The position numbers and the translations under genes were made by a program. Shown in pieces: positions 1 through 10,082 of a DNA stretch of 64,000 nt (position 1 is its first letter; each line of letters begins with the position of its first letter). A model generated the notes under the pieces. That model was not told the origin of the DNA and did no database searches. It saw nothing but the letters and a program-made list of their open reading frames with translations. The stretch is from Meyerozyma guilliermondii (Eukaryota): contig CP128815.1 in the NCBI GenBank assembly GCA_051546255.1, forward strand, positions 62,001-126,000, given 5' to 3'.

Positions 1-431
1 GACAATTCAACTTGATTGAAGACGATTTGTTGAGATACAAGTTTTTGTTCGAGTTTGATGCAGCAATGCAACATCTCGATGAAAAATACGAAATTTTGCA
101 ATCGCCTCAAGCTTATGTTTCCCTCAAACACGAGGGTGATAAGGTTCTTGTTTTCGAAAGAAATGGTTTATTGTTCATTTTCAATCTTCATCCCACCAAT
201 TCTTACCCTGATTTTAAGGTTGGAGTCGAGACACCTGGAGTGTACAAGGTTGTTTTGAATTCTGACGATAAACAATTTGGTGGGCATGGACGTATAAGCA
301 ATGTTGATGCGGAGGGAAACGACTTGCAATTCTTCACCCACAATGAACGCTGGAATGATAGGTCTAATGCTTTATTCACCTACATTCCTTCGAGAACTGC
401 GCTAGTGCTTCAAATTAAAGAGAAAATTTAA
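1..431 (+). CDS. GLC3: 1,4-alpha-glucan (glycogen) branching enzyme, C-terminal part; 5' end lies outside the window
   Basis: Frame open from position 3 ([15 protein letters not shown]...[16 protein letters not shown]...[17 protein letters not shown]...FGGHGRI...[10 protein letters not shown]), the typical GH13 branching-enzyme C-terminal domain. Confidence 0.93.
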   Translation, partial: QFNLIEDDLLRYKFLFEFDAAMQHLDEKYEILQSPQAYVSLKHEGDKVLVFERNGLLFIFNLHPTNSYPDFKVGVETPGVYKVVLNSDDKQFGGHGRISNVDAEGNDLQFFTHNERWNDRSNALFTYIPSRTALVLQIKEKI

Positions 432-452
432 TTCCTAAATAATACACAATAA

Positions 453-2276
453 TCACGACTTTTTGTACTGCAAATGGCACACTGCAAGTACCTTATTGAT
501 AAGATCACCCAATTCTCTCATGTCGTCGGAGTCATCCTTCATGTACTTGGCGGCTTGTCGTATGGCGTGAACATTTACGGGCCATACCAGAACGTCAGAG
601 TCGTAAGTCTTCAAGATTCCAATAATGTCCTTAGCAAGTTTGTTAGTATAGTCGGGAGTGTAATTACTGATTTGACTGGACAAAACTGGATCATCTGCGA
701 GTCTCGTTTGCAAAGACTGATGTAAGGCTATTTTGCATAACTTGAAGTTCAAGTTGAAAATAGCAGTACCTTCGGTACCAAAAAATATTACAGGGTACCT
801 TCTGCTGGAAGATGCTGGTTTGCAAATGATTGGTTTCATAGCCATGGGGACACTAGCTTCAAACTCATTGACACTTTGATTTAATTGGAGCCATTTCTGC
901 GAGCATTTTTTCGACTCTGTTTCCTCTTTGGTGAGCACCATTGGTTGGAAGAGGAAATCGTGGACACAGCACAGAAGATATATCATTCTGCGAATCCACC
1001 ACACTTCTTCTTCACGAGACATCACCGATTCATCGTCCAGGTTGCCAGGATACGTTGCTGACTCAAACCAGTCAAAATACTCTGGATCCAATGGCCGCCA
1101 GAACGTATCGATAGGATACATGGTGGGCAAGTCATATTTCAATGATAAAACCATATCACTAAGTATCATGGCCCAGAATAACCCTTGGTAGAATGGGGAC
1201 GATTTCAAGAGACTAGGTTTCTGAGCTTGCATATTCTTACGCAAAATCGACGAGAAGATACTTGCTGCACCTTTGATATAGGTAGCGTCTTCAGCCACAA
1301 GGAAGAGTTCGTAGACACATAACATGATGGTACTCAAAAGACAGCGGGCAATGATTCCAGATTCATTGGTTTCAACCCCTGGCATGCTGAGATGGTACCG
1401 AATCAGCTTGATACATTGATGGTAGTAATTAATCGTCACAGACGGATCGACACTATCTGGGTTGATCCTATTGAGGATCATGGAAGCCAAGCAGTAGATG
1501 GAGTCCAGAATCATACGAGTTTCATCAAGGAGAGCCACATGAGGCACCACAAGGCGGAACATGTCACAGGGAAGAAAGATATCGAGACTTTTAGTCAAAT
1601 TGTTGACAAACAAATCGAGCAATTTAGCCTCGAACTTATCCTCCACCTTCAAGTAAAGAATGAATGGTTCCGGGACGTCAATGGCCAATGCGTCTTGAAA
1701 ATGACGGAGCATATCGTCAATCGATGCTTCTCCCACCAGGTGAGGCAGCCTCAGTTTTTTCCATGCCGCTCTGAAATCGCCGGAAAGCTTGTGGATCCGA
1801 GGCTTCGAGTTACGTTTAGTATTTTTCGGCTTGAAAGTGCCGCCTTTGGGTGCTGGTGACGATTCTTGTTTGAGATGCGGCCGACCAAGTGGTTGCGAAA
1901 CCATGGGAGCTCTGACCGGCACCAGATGCTGGCGAGGAGACGATTGTTGCCGAGGATACATGTGCTGCATGTACGGGTAGTAAGGGATCCCTGGATACTG
2001 GTAAGGTATAAATTGTTGGGCGGGAGGTGCTAAGTACTGGTGTTGGTCCATGGGCATATGGGTAGGTCTTTGCCATGAAAGTTGATGTTGAGCCAATGGA
2101 TTGGGCTGGTTTTCATATATAGGTGGTTGCGGTCGGTAATAGGGCTGGGGTTTGACATCTTCTCCACTGGGAATGTATTGTTGGTTGGGATCGAGGGACG
2201 AAATGGGAGGAATGGATGGCGGCTGGTTGGCCGTGGGAATGTAATCTTGAGGCGAATTATAGTTGTAGTAACTCAT
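453..2276 (-). CDS. Fungal-specific transcription factor-like protein (Fungal_trans_2/ArcA-like regulatory domain) with P/Q/Y-rich N-terminus; no Zn2Cys6 cluster
   Basis: 607-aa ORF; LLDLFVNNL..SLDIFLP..MFRLVVPHVAL...ILDSIYCLAS...YYHQCIKLI...LCVYE..FWAMILSD pattern of Zn-cluster TF middle/C-terminal domains. Confidence 0.6.
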   Translation of the reverse strand: MSYYNYNSPQDYIPTANQPPSIPPISSLDPNQQYIPSGEDVKPQPYYRPQPPIYENQPNPLAQHQLSWQRPTHMPMDQHQYLAPPAQQFIPYQYPGIPYYPYMQHMYPRQQSSPRQHLVPVRAPMVSQPLGRPHLKQESSPAPKGGTFKPKNTKRNSKPRIHKLSGDFRAAWKKLRLPHLVGEASIDDMLRHFQDALAIDVPEPFILYLKVEDKFEAKLLDLFVNNLTKSLDIFLPCDMFRLVVPHVALLDETRMILDSIYCLASMILNRINPDSVDPSVTINYYHQCIKLIRYHLSMPGVETNESGIIARCLLSTIMLCVYELFLVAEDATYIKGAASIFSSILRKNMQAQKPSLLKSSPFYQGLFWAMILSDMVLSLKYDLPTMYPIDTFWRPLDPEYFDWFESATYPGNLDDESVMSREEEVWWIRRMIYLLCCVHDFLFQPMVLTKEETESKKCSQKWLQLNQSVNEFEASVPMAMKPIICKPASSSRRYPVIFFGTEGTAIFNLNFKLCKIALHQSLQTRLADDPVLSSQISNYTPDYTNKLAKDIIGILKTYDSDVLVWPVNVHAIRQAAKYMKDDSDDMRELGDLINKVLAVCHLQYKKS

Positions 2277-2435
2277 GGAGGGTGGAATACACGTAAAAGC
2301 CGGTCGGATGGACGCTGGAACACCCGCTGTGGTCTGGGTTGAAAAAAATGTAATGAATCCTGTTTACCTTGATGCGCCCACCTCGCGCATTTTTGTAGGC
2401 TAGTATAACCGGGACAAGCAACACCAACAAAAGTT

Positions 2436-4295
2436 ATGTCCAAGGAAATCACTATCTTTGTGTTTGACTTGTCGTGTCCGTCTGTTGAGCTCCAAACATG
2501 TCTCAGCTACTTTAATGATGTGGTTATAACCAAAATTATCAAGGGCAGAAAGACAGATTACGTTTCGATAATTGGATGTTATTCCCCCATTACTGCTCAT
2601 GCCTACGCCGACGAGGGCATGTTCAAACACATAGAAGTGGTGTGCCACAAGGAGGTGCCCACGTACAAAAAGCTCAAGGAATGGACAAAAAAATTGACTT
2701 CAACAACCAAAATAAAACCAGATGCCGCCGACTGTTTTGACGCTTTTATGATAGGAGCAGGTCTCCTTAACGAAACCCTGAAACTCAAGTTCATTCGAAA
2801 CATCGTGGTGTTCACGAATGGTCAAGTACCTATGACGTCGTGGAATACAGACTTGGCCAAGGCATCGGCTGGTGCGATCAATTCTATGGACGTCAATGTC
2901 ATTGTGGGAGTACCTGGATTGCAAGAAGAAAACGAAAATATAGTTCAATGGCGGAAAAAACTCAAAGAGTTTCGTCATGGTCACTTGGCAGATGCACAAT
3001 CTTTGGCCAATTCCCCCAATTATACCCCACCATTGAAGCGAGTACGGCCCATACGAGCCGCTAAAGATATTCTCCAGCTTCGCTTGGGCGCCGATATCTC
3101 TCAATTGGTCACTTCAGACTCCTATGACCCTGCATCCGATATCTGTCTTTGCTTGGAGGTGGAAGTCTACCCAGCCGTCAAAATAGAAAAGCCCATTGCT
3201 GCTCACCAGTACTTGGTAAGCGACAAAGTTTCTCAGATCAAGACAGAGACTTCGTATTACATTCGAGGAGAGGGAGAAGAAAACGTTCCTATAGTGAAAG
3301 GAGATTGGGTGGATGGATTCAAGTATTCCAATTTTGATCTTATAGCTGTCGATGAAAGTCTTCGTGGTCTTGCGACCTTGAAAACAGATACGGGTTTGGA
3401 TATCTTGGGATTCATTCATCGAGAAAAGGTTCCAATGGCTTATTTCACTTCTGAATCCTTCTATGTTGCACCAACATCGGAAGCACAGGGAAATGCTATA
3501 GGTGTTGCTGCTTTTTGCAAGGCGTTGATAGAGCTTGATTCGTTTGCAATCACGAGATACGTGCAGAAAGCTAATGACGAAGTACAGATGTGTGTATTGA
3601 TGCCAGTCAAAATCCTTCATAAGGATAAACATATCTATGCATTTTCCATGACAAGATTACCGTTTAAAGAAGATGAAAAAATGGGCCGATTCCCAAAATT
3701 GAGCACCTTCACCACTACCAGCGGCAAGAAGATAGACGAGCCTAATGACCTCGACATGAAAATGGAGGAATTTATCCAGTCCAAAGACCTTGATGCCGTG
3801 CTTGGCTCATCTGGTCCGGCGACTATTTCGAATCGAAAAGTCACCATGAGAGAACCCAGTTCTTTGCCTGTGGAATTGCCTGTCCAACCGACATTGATAC
3901 CTTCATCCCCAGCAATACAAAAATACAACCAGAACTTAAAGAGAATTATCGCCAAGTCCCTCGGCCATGATTCGCTCCCAGCTTACCTTCAGCAAGAAAA
4001 ATTCGTGGAAAACGTAATGTCCGGAAACGATACCAATCTTTTCAATTTGGGTAATATCTTGTCGGTGAACGGCGAGTCGAAATGGCTTTTTGATGTCAAC
4101 AAAAAATCCAACGATGCCTCGCACAAGCTTCTTGAATCTTTGGACATAGAGTACACTTCCAAAAAGTTTCTCGATCAAGAGAAACAGAAGAAAAAATGGC
4201 ATGCGGGACCAAACTCTCGACTTGGACATGGAACCTACGGAGCCCACGAAGGTCCATACGAAGAAGAATTGGAGTTGGACCAGCTATTGGAATGA
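2436..4295 (+). CDS. YKU80: Ku80 subunit of the Ku70/80 DNA end-binding complex
   Basis: N-terminal vWA (KEITIFVFDLS, GRKTDYVSII); Ku core GFKYS..GLDILGFI..FAITRYV..RLPFKEDEK..F..L..TTTSGKKI. Confidence 0.9.
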   Translation: MSKEITIFVFDLSCPSVELQTCLSYFNDVVITKIIKGRKTDYVSIIGCYSPITAHAYADEGMFKHIEVVCHKEVPTYKKLKEWTKKLTSTTKIKPDAADCFDAFMIGAGLLNETLKLKFIRNIVVFTNGQVPMTSWNTDLAKASAGAINSMDVNVIVGVPGLQEENENIVQWRKKLKEFRHGHLADAQSLANSPNYTPPLKRVRPIRAAKDILQLRLGADISQLVTSDSYDPASDICLCLEVEVYPAVKIEKPIAAHQYLVSDKVSQIKTETSYYIRGEGEENVPIVKGDWVDGFKYSNFDLIAVDESLRGLATLKTDTGLDILGFIHREKVPMAYFTSESFYVAPTSEAQGNAIGVAAFCKALIELDSFAITRYVQKANDEVQMCVLMPVKILHKDKHIYAFSMTRLPFKEDEKMGRFPKLSTFTTTSGKKIDEPNDLDMKMEEFIQSKDLDAVLGSSGPATISNRKVTMREPSSLPVELPVQPTLIPSSPAIQKYNQNLKRIIAKSLGHDSLPAYLQQEKFVENVMSGNDTNLFNLGNILSVNGESKWLFDVNKKSNDASHKLLESLDIEYTSKKFLDQEKQKKKWHAGPNSRLGHGTYGAHEGPYEEELELDQLLE

Positions 4296-4296
4296 T

Positions 4297-5400
4297 CTAC
4301 AACTTGAACAATTGGTTCTGGTGGTCTGCTGCTCGGTCCTTGGCATTACGCTTGCGAGCCTTGGAAGTGGCTGTTCCATCTTCACCTAAACGGTCTGTAA
4401 GTTTTTTCGTAACTTGCATCGAAGCCACTCGATTCGTTTCCAAGTTAAGGTTCAGTCTGATTTCTTCTTCGTTCTGTTCGAGAACTGGAGCTAGGTCAAA
4501 TAATCCTTTGTATTGGTCCAGTTTACCCTGTTTCCATTTGCTGACCCAGTGTATAGCCATTCCTTCCATATCGAAAGTACCATCTTTTCTCACCACGTTT
4601 CTTGTCTCTGCTATTTTGTAAAGCAATTCGTCCACGGAATTGGTCGGGTGGTCGATGTACTCGCTATACTTGGAACCACTGGGATCTTGAAGATTGAGGA
4701 TATACAACAAGTAATCAGCCTGGATTACTGGGTCCACAAATGAGGTGTGAACACAGCCTACAAGTGATAGTGCAAGCATGGTTTCAGCGTCTTTCACAGT
4801 TGGAAGAAACACTCCTGGAGTATCGTGGACAAGTATATCTGGATCATTGGAAAGTTTTATAATCTCGCTAGTGGCCCTGGTGACTCCAGGTTGACCTCCA
4901 GTTCGGGCCACTTTACGGACTTTGGAAGACACTGCTCCCGAGTTGTCAAGCCCAACACTCCTCAAAGTATTTACAAGAGTGGACTTACCGACATTTGGCA
5001 TCCCAATGAGCATCATACGAAGCCCTAATGGAGGTGGAGGAGACATCTCAAAGTAGCGGTCTTTTATGAAATTCAAGATCTTTTTACTATCTTGTTTGTT
5101 TCGAGCATCAACGAACAAGTACTGTTCATTGCGACTTTTATGGAGTTTATCGGTCCATGGCCGCTTGAGCACCGAAAGATCCTTTTTCGAGTATATGATG
5201 AGTCGAGGCTTGTGCGCTAGCACTTTATTGAAGAGCACATTGATCGTAGATATGGGTGCTCGAGAATCTCTGACTTCAAGAATAAAATCTATTTGCGGAG
5301 CCAAGCTGCCGAACTTGTTGAGTGCCTTCTGGTGGTGGCCCTTGAAGTTTGAAAGTGGAATCCGGTACGTGGGAAATACTCGTCGTGGTACAAAGGACAT
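4297..5400 (-). CDS. MTG1: Mitochondrial ribosome-assembly GTPase (RbgA/Mtg1 family)
   Basis: FKGHHQKAL, EVRDSRAPIS, SKKDL (G4), GMPNVGKS (G1), PGVT (G2), DTPG (G3) in circularly permuted order. Confidence 0.93.
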   Translation of the reverse strand: MSFVPRRVFPTYRIPLSNFKGHHQKALNKFGSLAPQIDFILEVRDSRAPISTINVLFNKVLAHKPRLIIYSKKDLSVLKRPWTDKLHKSRNEQYLFVDARNKQDSKKILNFIKDRYFEMSPPPPLGLRMMLIGMPNVGKSTLVNTLRSVGLDNSGAVSSKVRKVARTGGQPGVTRATSEIIKLSNDPDILVHDTPGVFLPTVKDAETMLALSLVGCVHTSFVDPVIQADYLLYILNLQDPSGSKYSEYIDHPTNSVDELLYKIAETRNVVRKDGTFDMEGMAIHWVSKWKQGKLDQYKGLFDLAPVLEQNEEEIRLNLNLETNRVASMQVTKKLTDRLGEDGTATSKARKRNAKDRAADHQNQLFKL

Positions 5401-5412
5401 AGTGAGAGTTTC

Positions 5413-5421
5413 GCGATGAGA
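5413..5421. promoter_or_regulatory. PAC element in the MTG1/KTI12 divergent promoter
   Basis: GCGATGAGA in an 81-bp intergenic region upstream of KTI12, a ribosome-biogenesis-type gene. Confidence 0.55.
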
Positions 5422-5481
5422 TATTTTGGAGAGATTCCGATGACATAAATTTCAGTGCGATTCAGTGCGATTCTTCCACTT

Positions 5482-6330
5482 ATGCCACTAGTTACATTTA
5501 CTGGACTTCCGAGCTCGGGAAAGACCAAGTTTGCCAAGCAACTCGTTGACTCCCTACAGAAAAGGATCGAGGAATCCAAAACTACAAAGGAACCAGGCCA
5601 CAACTACTCGGTGATATACCATAGTGATGAAACATTGGGGATCAGTAAAGACGTTTATAAGGACTCCACGCAAGAAAAACATGCCAGAGGAACCCAGATG
5701 TCGGCGGTAAAGAGAGATTTGGCACGAAATACAATTGTGGTGTTGGATACAATGGCATATATTAAGGGTTTTCGTTATCAGCTTTACTGCGAAGCTAAAG
5801 GTTTGGCTACTCCACACTGTGTAGTCCATGTTGTGAGTTCCGTGGACAATTGTGTTCAATGGAACAGAGAATGGGATGAGGAAGTCATCAGACAGCTAGC
5901 AATGAGATATGAAGAGCCCAATGGAGATACGCGTTGGGATTCACCGTTATTCACGGTTGTTGCAGCCGATGACAATGAAACACTTCCCATTGATGAAATG
6001 TGGGACTGTTTGGTACTCAAAAAAGTGGCTCCACCCAACGCAGCTACACTTGTAAAACCAACTTCTGGCAACAATTTTCTTCAAGAACTTGACCAGAAAA
6101 CTCAAGCAGTAATAAGTGCCATAGTTCAGCATCAGCAAATTGCCAGTATTGGAGGTCAGGTCAAAGTTGAAGACATGGTAATAGACATGCCAGCGCATGC
6201 GGTCAGCACGGCTCAGCTCCAGAGGATACGAAGGACATTTGTTGCTTTGAACCGGATGAGAAGTATCGACATCGACCGTATTACGTCTTTATTTGTAGAG
6301 TATATAAACCGGACATTTGAGTCCGAGTAA
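5482..6330 (+). CDS. KTI12: Elongator-associated protein Kti12
   Basis: MPLVTFTGLPSSGKT P-loop, YIKGFRYQLYCEAK, RYEEPN..RWDSPLF; start moved to the first ATG at 5482. Confidence 0.95.
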   Translation: MPLVTFTGLPSSGKTKFAKQLVDSLQKRIEESKTTKEPGHNYSVIYHSDETLGISKDVYKDSTQEKHARGTQMSAVKRDLARNTIVVLDTMAYIKGFRYQLYCEAKGLATPHCVVHVVSSVDNCVQWNREWDEEVIRQLAMRYEEPNGDTRWDSPLFTVVAADDNETLPIDEMWDCLVLKKVAPPNAATLVKPTSGNNFLQELDQKTQAVISAIVQHQQIASIGGQVKVEDMVIDMPAHAVSTAQLQRIRRTFVALNRMRSIDIDRITSLFVEYINRTFESE

Positions 6331-6343
6331 TGCATTAATAGTA

Positions 6344-7075
6344 TCATTTTTTCCGCTGGTTTTTCCACTTGAACTGCGGTTTCCCGTCGACAACTGTCTT
6401 CTTCTTGCTTCCCTTCTTCATCAACTCTCGAGTCAAATCCATACGCTCCTCCACCTTTCGCAACTGGCGTTCTCGATCCATACGACTTTTTAGCAATTTG
6501 TACAGTTTAACCTTCTTTTCATGAAGCCTTTCTACATCCACATCTTCCACATTCACCACCCGCTCCAACTTTTCCAAGTCCAGATTTCGAAGACGGTTCT
6601 CTCTTCTATTCACCATGGACTTGTCGGTGTCGAAATATTCCTCTGGCTTAAAGTTTTTCTGGTCCTCAACCGAGTCTACGAACACCGTATGGGACCCGCG
6701 AGCTCCAAAATCAAGCTGGTTCTTTTGCTTTTCGATTTTCAGAGCCTCATTCATCCTCATGGTACGAACATAGTTGGCATCTTGGGTCTTGAGCAACTGC
6801 ACTTGCTGCACAGAAAGCACCTCTTCTCCCCTATCTGCCTGTAGAATGCCCCTGCTGTCGGTTTTTCGCCTGGTCATACCATGGTAATATTCATCAGGAT
6901 TGTAGTTGCTTGCCTTGGCACGAAGAGCCTTGAGAGCAGATTGTTTCTTATGGTAATCGGCCGCCCGAAGTTTATAATCCTTCTTTTTCTCTAGTAAGCC
7001 AAACCGGGCCCGGTCCAGCGTCTGAGACCTTTCTCTGTGCTGTTTTTTCTGCACATTGTGCACCAACTTGGCCAT
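6344..7075 (-). CDS. UTP11: U3 snoRNP / SSU processome protein Utp11
   Basis: MAKLVHNVQKKQHRERSQ..RFGLLEKKKDYKLRA..YNPDEYY..LKTQD..FKWKNQRKK. Confidence 0.95.
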   Translation of the reverse strand: MAKLVHNVQKKQHRERSQTLDRARFGLLEKKKDYKLRAADYHKKQSALKALRAKASNYNPDEYYHGMTRRKTDSRGILQADRGEEVLSVQQVQLLKTQDANYVRTMRMNEALKIEKQKNQLDFGARGSHTVFVDSVEDQKNFKPEEYFDTDKSMVNRRENRLRNLDLEKLERVVNVEDVDVERLHEKKVKLYKLLKSRMDRERQLRKVEERMDLTRELMKKGSKKKTVVDGKPQFKWKNQRKK

Positions 7076-7158
7076 GCTAAAATATAGTCTAAAGAAACCT
7101 GCAGCTGCGAAATGCGATGCCCTAAATTCTCACCACTTTGTCGCGCGGTTTAGCTACC

Positions 7159-8886
7159 ATGTTATCCAACATATGGCGAAGACCAAAGCGACTTTCCTTT
7201 CGTTACTTGGCCCCTATAGCACATAGAAGCATCGCTCAGACCAAAAATTTGGTCACCAAGCCTGAAAATATTAGAAATACTGAAGGTTCTGAAAATAATG
7301 ACACTGTACAGCTGGAACTTCCATGGTATTTGCGGGACGATGCTGCGTCGCCCCTAGCTGAAACTGCCCAAGTAGAGCTCCCAGAAGTTCCAGAGTCTGC
7401 TCCCAAAACCATAAACTCGTTTCTAGAGCTAGTTGCAAAAGACTATGGATTCGATAACCTTGTCTTCTTCGACATGACCCAGTTGGATAGCGACCACGAC
7501 TATAGCACCCACCATCAGCCAGCAAAGTACATCCTCATCGCTTCTGGAAAGTCGGAAAAACACATAATGAAGGCTGCGAGTCAGCTAAGGATCCACATCA
7601 AGCACACATACGACCATCTTCCTTCAATTGAAGGTATGGTTACTGGTGGAACCAGTCCACGAGCCAGACGCCGTATGCTCCGGCGCTCCAGAAAGGGCCC
7701 TATGGCAACAGACAATGAGTATGGAAAAGCTGCAAATAGCTGGGTGATGTGTGAGACCGGAGTAGATGGACTTTTCATCCACATGCTCACCGCCGATCGC
7801 AGACAAGAGCTCAATTTGGAGAGCTTATGGTGTCGAGAGGAAGATGCCTGGCGCTACGAGCAACAGCCTGCAAAAGCTGAAAACTCGGATCACATTTTTA
7901 GCGGAGTTCGTCGCTTCCATACTATGGGACCGTTCTATATGGCTACCAAGGGTAAGCCACTCCAAAAGTTGTTGAACAGCGACTCTTCCATTCCCGGCGT
8001 CGAGCTCAAGGGCCTTATATCCGACTTTGAGAAAAGCGGTGACTCCACCTCAAAATTCGAGTTTTACCGTATAATCCACTTACTTGACCCAAACCTCGTT
8101 CTGTTGAAGTCTCTCGCCAATATTCTTATTTCAAGCAAGATACCCAAAATCGAGGCTGTGGTTGCCTACATGAAAGTCTTGATGGACTCACAAGAAATAG
8201 CTGCTCCTGAACAGACCACAGCAGCTATGAATGAGCTGGTGGATACTAGGCTCGATTTTTTGCTGCAATTCGTGTCTGATATCTATGCATATAGTGGTGA
8301 GCAAATCGAACTAGTTGGCCACCCAGAATTGGTCCCACTTTTGTGGAACCTTACTGTTGTCAACCTTAAACCTCATGTTATTGGCTCCAGAACCATCGAT
8401 GAAGCGATCCACAATGAAATCGAAAAGGAACATTTCGGTAACTATCCCTCAGTTCATATTGCTTCGAACCGCAACCGTGATATCTACGATTTGATTTCCA
8501 GCTACAATGAGGCTCATTCGTTGACCCCAACCACCTCTTTCAAAGAGATGGTGCTTTTCACTTATGGAAACGCTGGCAAGTGGGACAAATTCTGGAGCAC
8601 ATTTGAGGTCTCCTTCAATTTGCTAAACGACCAAGAACACCAGACTATGACAAAGTGGTTGAGGTTGGTGGTGTATTTGGATCTCAGAAACGACCCAGTA
8701 GCCATAAACACCTTTTTGAACAAGTATTGGAGCCGGAGTTTTCCATCGTCTGTCACTGACCTTGAAACGAGAAACTTTGAATCTGAAAAAGAAAAAGACT
8801 TGTTCAAAACCACAATTCAGAGCATACTACAAAAGGTGGAAACGCCTACATCTGCAGAGATTCAAACTACTATAGATAGACTTTAG
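7159..8886 (+). CDS. ATP25: Mitochondrial Atp25 (RsfS-like domain plus mRNA-stabilising M domain)
   Basis: Arg-rich presequence from ATG 7159; PWYLR; RsfS-like SGKSEKH..IEG..NSWVMC..IHMLT..RRQELNLESLW. Confidence 0.85.
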   Translation: MLSNIWRRPKRLSFRYLAPIAHRSIAQTKNLVTKPENIRNTEGSENNDTVQLELPWYLRDDAASPLAETAQVELPEVPESAPKTINSFLELVAKDYGFDNLVFFDMTQLDSDHDYSTHHQPAKYILIASGKSEKHIMKAASQLRIHIKHTYDHLPSIEGMVTGGTSPRARRRMLRRSRKGPMATDNEYGKAANSWVMCETGVDGLFIHMLTADRRQELNLESLWCREEDAWRYEQQPAKAENSDHIFSGVRRFHTMGPFYMATKGKPLQKLLNSDSSIPGVELKGLISDFEKSGDSTSKFEFYRIIHLLDPNLVLLKSLANILISSKIPKIEAVVAYMKVLMDSQEIAAPEQTTAAMNELVDTRLDFLLQFVSDIYAYSGEQIELVGHPELVPLLWNLTVVNLKPHVIGSRTIDEAIHNEIEKEHFGNYPSVHIASNRNRDIYDLISSYNEAHSLTPTTSFKEMVLFTYGNAGKWDKFWSTFEVSFNLLNDQEHQTMTKWLRLVVYLDLRNDPVAINTFLNKYWSRSFPSSVTDLETRNFESEKEKDLFKTTIQSILQKVETPTSAEIQTTIDRL

Positions 8887-8933
8887 TGGTCCTTGTATAT
8901 AATAACATCTTCTCCAAAAACGCTAATCAAATT

Positions 8934-8946
8934 ACGCGCGACGCGA
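8934..8946. promoter_or_regulatory. MCB-like (ACGCG) pair upstream of SLD2
   Basis: ACGCGCG ACGCGA 20-35 bp upstream of a G1/S replication gene. Confidence 0.55.
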
Positions 8947-8967
8947 TAAAATTATAGTTCTTCTTTC

Positions 8968-10062
8968 ATGTCTGAGCTAAGTGATCTCAGGAAAGAGATC
9001 AAGGCCTGGGAACATTCCTTTCAGAAAAAGCATGGGCGAGTACCTCTTCGAGAAGATATCAAGCAGAACAATGTAATTTCCAGTCTATACAAACAGTATC
9101 GTGATCTTAAAAAAGGCCCTGCGAAGACACTAAAACTGCCTAAAAAGACAAGAATAGATGTACAAATTGGAGATTCCGATGAAGACGGGAGTGGTACCGA
9201 TATGGAGAATACAACCAGTGTTGCTGTGGGTATACAATTGGGCCCGACCCCACAAGCAAATGGTAAAATATTGTCTCTCTTTGACACTCGAATGACTCCT
9301 CCCGAATCGTCTCCCCTAAAATCCAAGCAAACCTTGCAAGTAAAGGAAGAGGTCTCAGACGACAAGATCTTTAAGACACCCACAAAGAAGCGAATTGTTG
9401 ATATCAATGCTCAACTTCAAGCCGCAGCTCATCAAACTAGTCTGTCCATAATAAAGTCATCTCCAAACGTTCTGCCTGTACCCTCTCCTGTCAGGCAAAC
9501 ACCACGTTATATGTCACGAAACATGTTCATGGCCACTGAGTATGGCCCTGTAACCCCTTCCAAACCTACACAAGGGTTCGAAGTGTCGCCATCTCCACTC
9601 AAACCACAGCGACTTTTCAACTATGGTACTAAACGGCTTGCAGACATTTTCAACGAAGTTCAGTCTATAAAGGAGAATATAGTCGTGCCTGAAGACTTGA
9701 ATGACCCGGTGAGTGAAGAAGAAGTCGACGGAGAAAAATCTAGTGAAGGACCAAAACCCAAGAAAGCAAAGACTCAAAAGAGAACAACCCGTAGATGGAA
9801 GATCAAGCCCAGACCAGAAGCTGAAAACGAGACTAGTCTCGAAAAGAAGGATATCCATGAAGCAATCCAGGACATAGACGAAAAGCGCCAGAGAAACCAC
9901 GAACGGTACTTGAATTCGGAAGATGAAGAGTCTGACGCCGAACCTGAAAAGATCATTCCACAGGCTCTGGGCAAAAAGATCAAACCAGTAAGCATGAACT
10001 ATCAAAGGCTCAAGATTAATGATCCCAGAGCCAAAGCATTCAAGAGAAGGATGAGACGTTAG
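8968..10062 (+). CDS. SLD2: DNA replication regulator Sld2/Drc1
   Basis: LRKEIKAWEHSF..HGRVP.REDIK; LGPTPQANGKILSLFD; many S/T-P CDK sites; QKRTTRRWK; SMNYQRLKI. Confidence 0.9.
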   Translation: MSELSDLRKEIKAWEHSFQKKHGRVPLREDIKQNNVISSLYKQYRDLKKGPAKTLKLPKKTRIDVQIGDSDEDGSGTDMENTTSVAVGIQLGPTPQANGKILSLFDTRMTPPESSPLKSKQTLQVKEEVSDDKIFKTPTKKRIVDINAQLQAAAHQTSLSIIKSSPNVLPVPSPVRQTPRYMSRNMFMATEYGPVTPSKPTQGFEVSPSPLKPQRLFNYGTKRLADIFNEVQSIKENIVVPEDLNDPVSEEEVDGEKSSEGPKPKKAKTQKRTTRRWKIKPRPEAENETSLEKKDIHEAIQDIDEKRQRNHERYLNSEDEESDAEPEKIIPQALGKKIKPVSMNYQRLKINDPRAKAFKRRMRR

Positions 10063-10082
10063 CATTAGCATTAAATACATAT

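Noticed and set aside
5451..5473. Tandem TTCAGTGCGA x2 just upstream of KTI12
   Set aside because: Too short to distinguish from a local slippage duplication
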